Assembly (NCBI GenBank): GCA_965261345.1
Contig: OZ253449.1
Location: forward strand, 576,001 to 640,000
From: Chloroflexota bacterium
Lineage (GTDB): Bacteria; Chloroflexota; UBA11872; VXNJ01
Length of the DNA: 64,000 nucleotides
Direction: 5' to 3'
The position numbers and the translations under genes are program-made. The stretch's first letter is position 1, and every line of letters starts with the position of its first letter. The notes below the pieces were generated by a model that had not been told where the DNA came from, searched no databases, and saw only the letters and a list, made by a program, of their open reading frames with translations. Positions 10,613 to 18,930 of this stretch are shown here, piece by piece.

Positions 10613-11784
10613 GCACCCGGTCACTGCTGTCCGGACTAATTTGCTGCGAATGCGGCGATCACGCGCCGGCCGATCAGTTGCAGACCGTTTGCCCCAGGTG
10701 CCAGGGATCATGGTTGGCCGAGTACTCGTTGGAGGGATCCAGCCTTGACCGCGACGAGATCGCTCAGCGCTCTGGCGGAATGTGGCGCTGGCGCGAATTA
10801 CTGCCGGTTCGTGATGCTGCAAATATTGCCAGTTTGGGCGAGGGATGCACCCCGATGCTCAAACTGGAAAGGCTGGCCACACGGCTGGGCCTGGGGCAGG
10901 TCTGGCTCAAGGACGAGGGCGCCAACCCCACCGGAACCTTTAAAGCCCGCGGCGCATCGGCGGCGGTTTCGCGCGCCAAGGAACTCGGGGTCACCGACAT
11001 CGCCCTGGGCACCGCCGGCAACGCCGGCAGCGCCTTGGCCGCGTATGCGGCCGCCGCCGCAATCAACGCCCACGTGGCGATGCCCGACTTCACGCCGGAA
11101 CCGATCAAGGCCGAGTGCCGGGCCTATGGAGCCGACGTGGTGGAAGTCGACGGGCCAATTTCGCTGGCTGGCAGGCTGATGTCCGACCGTGCCCGGGAAA
11201 ACGGATGGTTCGAGGGCTCAACTCTTAAAGAGCCCTATCGAATCGAAGGCAAGAAGACGATGGGATACGAACTGGCTGAGTTCTTCGATTGGGAAATGCC
11301 CGATGTCGTGCTCTACCCTACCGGCGGCGGCGTGGGATTGATCGGGATCTGGAAAGCCGGGTTGGAATTGGCCCGCCTGGGTTGGCTCGAAGGCCGATCG
11401 CTGCCACGCATGATAGCGGTGCAGGCCGACGGGTGCGCGCCGGTCGTTACCGCCTACGAAGCCGGTCGCGATTGGGCCGAACCTCCGTCGCAACCTGACA
11501 CGGTCGCAGCCGGGCTCTTGGTTCCGCTCCCTTACGGCCACCGTCTGGTGCTGCGCATCATCGCCGAATCCGGCGGTGCGGCCATCGGCATCAGTGACGC
11601 TGAACTGGTGCCCGCAATGTTGCAGCTGGCCACCGAGGAAGGGGTGTTGGTCTGCCCGGAAGCTGCCGCCATGCTGCCGGCGCTGGCAAGATTGGTGGCC
11701 GAAGGCCGAATTTCCCGCGATGAAAGGGTCGTGCTGCTCTCCACCGGCAACGCGCTCAAGTACACCCAACTGATCCGCAACTAG
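10609..11784 (+). CDS. thrC: Threonine synthase (fold-II PLP enzyme with N-terminal Zn ribbon)
   Basis: LGEG.TP, KDEGANPTGTFKARG, GTAGNAG, EGKKTMG.E, PTGGG.G, STG. Confidence 0.85.
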   Translation: MSTRSLLSGLICCECGDHAPADQLQTVCPRCQGSWLAEYSLEGSSLDRDEIAQRSGGMWRWRELLPVRDAANIASLGEGCTPMLKLERLATRLGLGQVWLKDEGANPTGTFKARGASAAVSRAKELGVTDIALGTAGNAGSALAAYAAAAAINAHVAMPDFTPEPIKAECRAYGADVVEVDGPISLAGRLMSDRARENGWFEGSTLKEPYRIEGKKTMGYELAEFFDWEMPDVVLYPTGGGVGLIGIWKAGLELARLGWLEGRSLPRMIAVQADGCAPVVTAYEAGRDWAEPPSQPDTVAAGLLVPLPYGHRLVLRIIAESGGAAIGISDAELVPAMLQLATEEGVLVCPEAAAMLPALARLVAEGRISRDERVVLLSTGNALKYTQLIRN

Positions 11785-11872
11785 CCGGACCGGCGATTAT
11801 TGGTCCGCCGGCCGCTGCCGGCGGTTTTCCAATTCCAGCTGACACTCGACCACAGGAAGGATCATCTTTGCA

Positions 11873-12379
11873 ATGGCCCGCCGCCGGCCCAAATCAAAGC
11901 TCCCAGTTGCGTCGATAGAGACCGGGCACCGAATTACGATTGCCAGCAACCGGCGGGCGCGTTACGACTTCGATCTGGGCGAGGAATTCATCGCCGGAAT
12001 CGTGCTTGAGGGCACCGAGATCAAGTCGATTCGGCAACGCAACGTATCGATCGCCAATGCCTACGTCCAGGCCTCGCTGGGCGAAGCCTGGATCAGCGGC
12101 ATGTACATCGCCCGCTATCGGCCGGCCGCCAACCGCAACCATGATCCCAACCGGACACGCAAGCTGCTGCTAAATCGGCGCGAACTGCTACGGATTCATG
12201 CCCGCACCCAGCAGCAGGGCTTTACCGCAGTGCCGCTTGAATTGCTCATCCAGGGTCGCTATGCCAAGTTGCGATTGGCGATCGCCCGCGGGCGCAAGAC
12301 CTGGGACAAACGACAGAAAATTTCGCGCCACGAAGCCGAGGGGCGGATCCGCCGGCTGCTCAAGCACAACGCGCCTTGA
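11873..12379 (+). CDS. smpB: SsrA-binding protein
   Basis: NRRARYDF, GIVLEGTEIKSIR, NHDP.RTRKLLL, G.K.WDKR tail. Confidence 0.96.
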   Translation: MARRRPKSKLPVASIETGHRITIASNRRARYDFDLGEEFIAGIVLEGTEIKSIRQRNVSIANAYVQASLGEAWISGMYIARYRPAANRNHDPNRTRKLLLNRRELLRIHARTQQQGFTAVPLELLIQGRYAKLRLAIARGRKTWDKRQKISRHEAEGRIRRLLKHNAP

Positions 12380-12455
12380 GTCTTGCGGAAGGGAACGCCA
12401 ATGAGCGTTTATTGGCAATACTTGAAGGTGCCTGATTGAATCGCCCCGCGACGAA

Positions 12456-14408
12456 TTGCACCGATCCAACGCCCACCTCCTCCGACGAGCGTCGCCCAAA
12501 TTGACCACCGTTGACCAATGCCGATGCCCGCTGCCCAGCGGGCTGGTGCTCGACGACGCCCAAAAGGCGATCCTGCGGGACGCTCCCTCGGTTGAGTGGA
12601 TCGAGACCCGCCAGCAACTGAGCGAACTTTCGCTGGGGGGTCCGGAAGGATCGCGATTCAAGGTTGATTACGAAGTTGAGGGCCACGGTCGGGTAACCGA
12701 GGCCACCGTCACCAGGGTTCGCAACGGCATCGCGGTCAACTTTGCCGAGGCCTACATGCGCCGGCGCGATCCCGACAGCATGGTCATAGGTGACCAGCTG
12801 GGGACTGACAAAGACAGCATCGCCGACCGATTGGACGTCTCCATGGAGGAGTTGCGGACATCGGTCTTTGAATGGCTCGCCGCCCAGGACCTGCTGGTCA
12901 TGGCGATCAAGGCGGGCGGCTCAAAATTCGGCTACCCGGCACTGCTGATCGCTCCGCGCAATGCGGCTTTTTTTGCCGCCAGCCTGGGCGATTTGCAGGA
13001 GCTTGTGCCAGCCAGCGATCTGGGTTCCAGATTCTGCCCGCGGGCAATCATCTATCTGGCTCCGCCGTTCCGCCATATCTACTGCGCCGGGCGGCAGGTC
13101 GTGGTGCACTGCCGCAGCGCCACGGTCCATGAGATCTATTCGCTAAATCTTTATCTCGGGCCCAGCGCCAAAAAAGGGATTTACGGCGTGCTGCTCTCGA
13201 TCGGCGAGCGCGAAAAATGGGTGACCGCGCATTGCTCGGTGGTCCAAGCGATTACCCCCTATGACAACATCGTTACGATCATGCACGAGGGGCCCTCCGG
13301 CTGCGGCAAGTCGGAAATGCTCGAATATCCGCACGTCGAAACCGACGGTCGCCTACTGCTGGGGCAAAACCAGGTCTCGGGCGAGATGCGGTACATCTCC
13401 ATCAACCAGTTCTGTCAGCTGCAGCCGGTAGCCGACGACATGGCGCTTTGTCATCCGGATATCCAGGACGGCGCCGGTCAATTGGCAATAGTCGATGCCG
13501 AATCGGCATGGTTCGTGCGCGTCGATCACATCCATTCCTACGGCGTCGATCCCTATCTTGAGCGCCTGTGCACGACCCCGCCGCAACCGATCATTTTTTT
13601 GAACATCCACGCGGTTCCCGACGCTACGGCGCTGATCTGGGAACCGGTCGAGGACGCCCCGGGAGTCCGCTGTCCCAATCCGCGAGTGATATTGCCACGG
13701 GCGATCGTTCCCGAGGTGGTCGGCGACCCGGTCAAGGTTGACGTCCGCAACTTTGGACTGCGGCAGCCGCCGTGTACCAGCGAGCGACCCACCTACGGAA
13801 TAGTCGGGATGCTGCACTTCCTGCCGCCGGCACTGGCCTGGATTTGGCGCTTGGTGGCTCCACGTGGTTACCTGAACCCCAGCATCGTCGGCGGCTCGGG
13901 CCTTGAATCCGAGGGCGTGGGATCCTACTGGCCATTTGCCACTGGCCGGCGGGTCGATCAGGCCAACCTGCTGCTTGAGCAAATGCTGGCCGCTCCAGCC
14001 ACCCGCTACACCCTCACACCCAATCAATTCATCGGCGCCTGGCGCACCGGGTTCATGCCGCAATGGTTGGTGCGCGAATATCTGGCGCGGCGCGGCGGAG
14101 CGCACTTTAGGCAGGATCAGATCTCACCCGCGCGCTGCACCCTGCTCGGGTACGCGATGGACCAGATGCGCATCGAGGGCCAGTTGATCGACCGCTGGTT
14201 CACCAAGATCGAATCACAGCCGGAAGTCGGTGAAGAAGCTTACATGATCGGCGCCGGAAGGTTGACCGAATTCTTCAAACGCACCCTCCGCGTAGAGTAC
14301 GTCCATCCGGAATTGGCATCGGTGGGGCGCGAAATAATCGACTGCGTGCTCAGCGACGGGTCACTTGCCGATTACGAACGCCTATTGCCCGGCGGCGATA
14401 GCGCCTGA
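12456..14408 (+). CDS. DUF4914 family protein (P-loop; distantly PEP-carboxykinase-like)
   Basis: YMRRRDPD, LYLGPSAKKGIY, HEGPSGCGKSE, VADDMAL, CPNPRV, SEGVGSYWPF. Start uncertain (12456/12501). Confidence 0.8.
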   Translation: MHRSNAHLLRRASPKLTTVDQCRCPLPSGLVLDDAQKAILRDAPSVEWIETRQQLSELSLGGPEGSRFKVDYEVEGHGRVTEATVTRVRNGIAVNFAEAYMRRRDPDSMVIGDQLGTDKDSIADRLDVSMEELRTSVFEWLAAQDLLVMAIKAGGSKFGYPALLIAPRNAAFFAASLGDLQELVPASDLGSRFCPRAIIYLAPPFRHIYCAGRQVVVHCRSATVHEIYSLNLYLGPSAKKGIYGVLLSIGEREKWVTAHCSVVQAITPYDNIVTIMHEGPSGCGKSEMLEYPHVETDGRLLLGQNQVSGEMRYISINQFCQLQPVADDMALCHPDIQDGAGQLAIVDAESAWFVRVDHIHSYGVDPYLERLCTTPPQPIIFLNIHAVPDATALIWEPVEDAPGVRCPNPRVILPRAIVPEVVGDPVKVDVRNFGLRQPPCTSERPTYGIVGMLHFLPPALAWIWRLVAPRGYLNPSIVGGSGLESEGVGSYWPFATGRRVDQANLLLEQMLAAPATRYTLTPNQFIGAWRTGFMPQWLVREYLARRGGAHFRQDQISPARCTLLGYAMDQMRIEGQLIDRWFTKIESQPEVGEEAYMIGAGRLTEFFKRTLRVEYVHPELASVGREIIDCVLSDGSLADYERLLPGGDSA

Positions 14409-14444
14409 TTCCCAGCCGATCAAGCAATTTCGGGATTTTTAGTA

Positions 14445-15359
14445 TTGGGAGATCTGCGTGGCCTGCTAGCCGACCAGTCAGCCCTACCGGTCCTCTACGA
14501 AAGCCTGCCGCCGCTTTCGCAATCTAGCCGCACAACCAGATTGGCGGCCGAGGCGCTGGCGCGCACATTGGTGGGTTTTTCAGATATCGTGGATGCGATC
14601 TGCGTTCCGCAAGTGGAAGACGAGCGCAGTTCCGGCTTGATCATTGACCGGGCGCCGAAAGCCGATGCGATCGAATACGTCCGCCATTACCTGGAAATTG
14701 CCCGGCCGCGGGGCCCGCGGTCGGCCATGATCGCCCAGCCGCTGACCGCTTTTACCGGAGCGCAAATCGATGCCCTGCTGGAGAGGGTCGTAGGTGCCGG
14801 GATCGCCGCGTTGGCGGTCGTGGGCCCACCAACCGCGGCGAAATCGAAGGTGGCCCCGACGTCAACCCTGGCGGCGATAGATCGCGCATCCGATGACGGG
14901 CGCCTGCTCATCGGCGCCATAGCCGTCCATGCCCGGCCGGGCGAGCCGGAACGGATGGTGGCCAAGGTCAGGGCCGGAGCCAGTTTCTTCGTATCGCAGA
15001 TCTTCTACGACGCGCCCAGCATGCGCGAACTGATCTGCAACTACGCCCTGACCTGTGAGCGCGCCGGAGTGCCCCCGGCGCGACTGATATTTAGCCTCGC
15101 GCCAATAATCTCCAAGGCCACCGCCCGACTGATGGCTAAGATAATCAACCCCGGGCAGCGCCTGGGCGAACCGGCGGCGGGAATTCCCGAACCGGCGATC
15201 GGCGCCGAAACCGTAAATTTTCTCACCGATCTGCTCGGGCAAACGGTTGCGGCCGGGCGGGGCGTCGGCGTTCCGTTGGGAATTTCGATCGGGCACGTAA
15301 CCGAGCGCAACGTGCGGCTGTCGCTGGAACTGGCGGTGGCGATCGGCAAGATCGGCTGA
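14445..15359 (+). CDS. Methylenetetrahydrofolate reductase-like TIM-barrel protein (divergent)
   Basis: N-terminal LYESLPP, IGAIA, E.ERM.AKV.AGASFFVSQIFYD typical of the MTHFR fold. Confidence 0.6.
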   Translation: MGDLRGLLADQSALPVLYESLPPLSQSSRTTRLAAEALARTLVGFSDIVDAICVPQVEDERSSGLIIDRAPKADAIEYVRHYLEIARPRGPRSAMIAQPLTAFTGAQIDALLERVVGAGIAALAVVGPPTAAKSKVAPTSTLAAIDRASDDGRLLIGAIAVHARPGEPERMVAKVRAGASFFVSQIFYDAPSMRELICNYALTCERAGVPPARLIFSLAPIISKATARLMAKIINPGQRLGEPAAGIPEPAIGAETVNFLTDLLGQTVAAGRGVGVPLGISIGHVTERNVRLSLELAVAIGKIG

Positions 15360-15442
15360 CCTCAAGGGGCCGGTAACTCGGTTCCACAATCGTTCCACGG
15401 CAGCTGCCGTTCGCCGGAATCGGGGCCCTGCTGGTCCGGCAG

Positions 15443-16312
15443 CTACTCCATCGATTCGCTGCCGCCGAAGCGACGGGCGATCAGGGTCAGCAACGCCGCC
15501 ACCGCGCCTACCCCGGGAACCCGATGGCTGGCCCCAGTCGGTCGCGCCCGTCCGGCCACCAATACCCCGATTCCATTTCCCTCAACCCGGGCGAAGGCGT
15601 CCTCATCGGTAACGTCGTCGCCAAGATAGATCGGCAGGTGAATCGCGATTGACCTTTCGGCCAGGTATCGGCGGTACTGGTCCACCGCCGCGCCCTTGCC
15701 ACCGCCATCGGCGGGCACGAACTCGAAAATCTTGCGGCCGGCCAGCATGCGCAGGCCGTCATGTTCACGGGCCAACGCCTCGATCTCACCTGCCAGTTCG
15801 AAACCGGATTCGGGATCGGCCAGGTTTCGGTAATGCAGGACCACCGCCAGCGGCTTTTGCTCCAGGCGGGCTCCGGAATATTTTTGCGCCAGTTCGCCAA
15901 GCTGGTCGGCTATCGAATCGATCGCCGACTGGTTGCCGCCGCGGATTTTCGAACCGGTCCCGTCGGCAAACGACACCTGCCGGCCATGACTGCCAAAGTA
16001 GGTAAGGTGCTCCAGTCCAATGAGGGAGCGGACGTCGTCCAGCGCCCGCCCGCTAACAATCGCCAGCGGCAGGCGACCGGCCAGCCGGCCCAACGCCATC
16101 CTGGCGGCCGGATCCACCCGCGCGGCTGCGGGATCGGAGACGATTTCGGCCAGGGTGCCGTCAAAGTCGAGCAGGATTGCGGGCGGGCCGCTTGGAGCGA
16201 TCTGCTCGATTCGCCCGGCAAGGGCTCCAAGACCGGGCAACCCCCAACCGTCACCAGGTTGGCCTGAAAAATGCGCCATATCCAATCTCTCCGATCGCGC
16301 CACAACCGGCAA
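15443..16312 (-). CDS. otsB: Trehalose-6-phosphate phosphatase (HAD IIB)
   Basis: LDFDGTL, VSGR, GSHG, LHYR, KG.A, YLGDDVTDEDAF. Real start likely downstream (~16279). Confidence 0.9.
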   Translation of the reverse strand: MPVVARSERLDMAHFSGQPGDGWGLPGLGALAGRIEQIAPSGPPAILLDFDGTLAEIVSDPAAARVDPAARMALGRLAGRLPLAIVSGRALDDVRSLIGLEHLTYFGSHGRQVSFADGTGSKIRGGNQSAIDSIADQLGELAQKYSGARLEQKPLAVVLHYRNLADPESGFELAGEIEALAREHDGLRMLAGRKIFEFVPADGGGKGAAVDQYRRYLAERSIAIHLPIYLGDDVTDEDAFARVEGNGIGVLVAGRARPTGASHRVPGVGAVAALLTLIARRFGGSESME

Positions 16313-16492
16313 CCTGGTGGGAGGCGGTTCGGCAGTCAGTTAAGAAAATTCCGGCCGGTTCTCAAAGGTCATCCAACCGGCAGGTTGTCGGTACGTTTTC
16401 AGGTCGCGCTGCCGAATTGGGCCCACCAATTGGTCCCACGGTTCCGTTGCTAGTGGCCGGGTCGGACAGCACCAATGCAAGATCTTTGGGAA

Positions 16493-16568
16493 TGGAGCGG
16501 GGGACGGGGATCGAACCCGCAACATCCAGCTTGGAAGGCTAGCACTCTACCAATTGAGCTACCCCCGC
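16493..16568 (-). tRNA. tRNA-Gly(TCC)
   Basis: Reverse complement GCGGGGGTAGCTCAATTGGTAGAGTGCTAGCCTTCCAAGCTGGATGTTGCGGGTTCGATCCCCGTCCCCCGCTCCA. Cloverleaf, anticodon TCC, encoded CCA. Confidence 0.97.
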
Positions 16569-16633
16569 CGGTCGCCCACATTTTAGGGATTTTCGAGTTC
16601 TAGGATGCACAGCACGGTCGGATCAGTCGAGGG

Positions 16634-16639
16634 TAAACT
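16634..16639 (+). promoter_or_regulatory. Putative -10 box TAAACT, conserved at 17749-17754 in the second unit
   Basis: Hexamer retained in both otherwise diverged upstream copies, ~40 nt before the ATG. Confidence 0.4.
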
Positions 16640-16677
16640 GGCGGGGATTGGCAGTGTGAATCGGTATGGGTGGGTGC

Positions 16678-17625
16678 ATGCAATCTGCACAGACCATGGG
16701 CGACGCGCCGCATAGGACCCTCCGCCGGCGGTTGGGACTAAGCTCCCGAGGAGGAGCATCCTCGTATCTGTTCGTGCTGCCGTCGGTCGTCTTCATTTCG
16801 ATCTTTATCATTGTTCCGATCATCGGCGCGCTCTACTACAGCTTTACTGACTACGATCTGCTAACCGCTCCCGAATGGGCGGGTTTCAAGAACTACACAC
16901 TGATCGGAAGCGAGCCGCGCTTCGTGCCGGCGGTCCGCAACACGGTCTTTTTCGCGTTCGGTACGGTACCGGCCGGGGTGATTACCTCACTGCTGCTCGC
17001 GGTCCTGGTGAATCGGGCGGTCCGCGGTATCTATTTCTTCCGCGCCATGTTCTACATGCCGGTGGTCTCCTCTTTTGTATCGGTCTCACTGATCTGGCTC
17101 TGGATGTACGAGCCACAGTTCGGGCTGGCCAACGAGTTCTTCCGCGTGGTCGGGATTGAGCCTTCCAAGTGGCTGCGTGGTCCCGAAACCGCCCTGTTCG
17201 CAATCATCCTGATGAGCATCTGGAAGAACATGGGCCTGAACATGGTCATCTATCTGGCCGGCTTGCAGGGAATTCCCCCGCACCTCTACGAGGCCGCCGA
17301 GATTGACGGCGCCGGGCGTGCATCGATGATGTTCAAGATAACCGTGCCGCTGCTGGCGCCCACCACCTTTTTCGTCGTGATCGTGTACTTTATCGGCGCC
17401 CTGCAGATGTTCGTGCAGGTATTTATCATGGCCTGCGCGGACGCCCAGGGGAATTGCGGCGGACCGCTCGATGCCACCGTCACGATCGTGCTGCTAATTT
17501 ATCTTGAAGCATTCGCCAACCTGAAAATGGGCTTTGCGGCTGCCCTGTCGTTCATCCTGTTCTCGGTGATCGGCATTATCACCATCATTAACACCAAGCT
17601 GCTTTCGTACGAGATCGGTTACTGA
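16678..17625 (+). CDS. Carbohydrate ABC transporter permease (MalF/UgpA type), copy 1
   Basis: YYSFTDY, GFKNY, FYMPVV, EAA motif LQGIPPHLYEAAEIDGA, GGP..AT, MGFAAA. Confidence 0.93.
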   Translation: MQSAQTMGDAPHRTLRRRLGLSSRGGASSYLFVLPSVVFISIFIIVPIIGALYYSFTDYDLLTAPEWAGFKNYTLIGSEPRFVPAVRNTVFFAFGTVPAGVITSLLLAVLVNRAVRGIYFFRAMFYMPVVSSFVSVSLIWLWMYEPQFGLANEFFRVVGIEPSKWLRGPETALFAIILMSIWKNMGLNMVIYLAGLQGIPPHLYEAAEIDGAGRASMMFKITVPLLAPTTFFVVIVYFIGALQMFVQVFIMACADAQGNCGGPLDATVTIVLLIYLEAFANLKMGFAAALSFILFSVIGIITIINTKLLSYEIGY

Positions 17626-17626
17626 T

Positions 17627-17689
17627 CGGTTGATCCACCGATGCGGAGTTGTCGCCAGAGCGATGATCCCGCATTGGCGGATCATCCGG
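17627..17689 (+). other. Long stem-loop in spacer after permease 1
   Basis: tgatccaccgatgcgg pairs with ccgcattggcggatca; inner stem gttgtcgc/gcgatgat. Confidence 0.6.
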
Positions 17690-17792
17690 CAGTTTATTCG
17701 GGGATTTTAAAGTTCTCGGATATTCCGTACGGTCGGATTAGCCGAGGTTAAACTGGCAATCATTGGCAGTGTAAATCCGTTTGGGTGGTTGC

Positions 17793-18746
17793 ATGCAGTC
17801 TGCACAGGCTATGGGCGACGCGCCGCATAGGACTCTCCGCCGGCGGCTCGGGTTAAGTTACCGAGGAGGAGCATCCTCCTATCTGTTCGTACTTCCGTCC
17901 GTCATCTTCATCTCGATCTTCGTCATTGTTCCGATCATCGGCGCGCTCTACTACAGCCTTAACGACTACGACCTGCTCACTCCTCCCGAATGGGCGGGGC
18001 TGAAGAATTATGGGGCGATCCGTAGCGAACCACGCTTCTTGCCGGCGATCCGCAACACGATAGTATTTGCGTTTGGTACGGTACCGGCCGGGGTGATCAC
18101 CTCGCTGCTGCTGGCGGTAATGGTGAACCGGGCAATCCGCGGGATCTATTTCTTCCGCGCCATGTTCTACATGCCGGTGGTCTCCTCTTTTGTATCGGTC
18201 TCGCTGATCTGGCTCTGGATGTACGATCCGCAGTTGGGGCTGGCCAATGATTTCTTGCTGTGGCTGGGTTTGCCAACGTCCAAGTGGCTGCGCGGTCCCG
18301 AAACCGCCCTGTTCGCAATCATCCTGATGAGCATCTGGAAGAACATGGGCCTGAACATGGTCATCTATCTGGCCGGCCTGCAGGGAATTCCCCCGCACCT
18401 CTACGAGGCCGCCGAGATTGACGGCGCCGGGCGCTTATCGATGATGCTCAAGATAACCGTGCCGCTGCTGGCGCCCACGACCTATTTCGTAGTGATCGTT
18501 TACTTCATCGGCGCCCTGCAGATGTTCGTCCAGATCTTCATCATGACCTGTAACAATGCGGACGCCACGGCCGGCTGCGGCGGACCGTTGGATTCCACCG
18601 TCACGATCGTTTGGCTGCTTTACTGGGAGGCCTTCAACAACCTGAAAATGGGCTTTGCGGCTGCCCTGTCGTTCATCCTGTTCTCGGTGATCGGCATTAT
18701 CACCATCATTAACACCAAGCTGCTTTCGTACGAGATCGGTTACTGA
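17793..18746 (+). CDS. Carbohydrate ABC transporter permease (MalF/UgpA type), copy 2
   Basis: Same motifs as copy 1, identical EAA motif. Confidence 0.93.
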   Translation: MQSAQAMGDAPHRTLRRRLGLSYRGGASSYLFVLPSVIFISIFVIVPIIGALYYSLNDYDLLTPPEWAGLKNYGAIRSEPRFLPAIRNTIVFAFGTVPAGVITSLLLAVMVNRAIRGIYFFRAMFYMPVVSSFVSVSLIWLWMYDPQLGLANDFLLWLGLPTSKWLRGPETALFAIILMSIWKNMGLNMVIYLAGLQGIPPHLYEAAEIDGAGRLSMMLKITVPLLAPTTYFVVIVYFIGALQMFVQIFIMTCNNADATAGCGGPLDSTVTIVWLLYWEAFNNLKMGFAAALSFILFSVIGIITIINTKLLSYEIGY

Positions 18747-18751
18747 TCGGT

Positions 18752-18860
18752 TGATCCACTAGCGTTTGGGTCGATGCATTACCGGTCAACCCGACTATTG
18801 ATCGATTCCCAGGCGGTCGCCAATTGACTTCCAGACGATGCCGGGGCGTTAGTGGATTGA
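18752..18860 (+). other. Long-range stem-loop in spacer after permease 2
   Basis: gatccactagcgttt pairs with gggcgttagtggatt using G-U pairs on the + strand. Confidence 0.5.
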
Positions 18861-18930
18861 AATTGGGATTGGCCAAATGCCGGCTCCGATCGGGGCCTCG
18901 TCTACGGTCGACAACCGCCAAGGAAATTCG

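Larger units (their letters stand above)
16586..18759 (+). repeat. Tandem duplication, ~1115-bp unit (upstream region + permease + start of 3' spacer)
   Basis: 16586 gggattttcgagttct... aligns with 17701 gggattttaaagttct... at offset 1115. 17517-17638 is identical to 18638-18759. Confidence 0.9.

Noticed and set aside
12380-12455. tmRNA (ssrA) next to smpB
   Set aside because: Gap too short and no tRNA-like ends seen here or elsewhere in the window.
16300-16568. tRNA-Gly as integration site of a genomic island or prophage
   Set aside because: No integrase and no duplicated tRNA 3' end found; the permease array lies on the tRNA 5' side.
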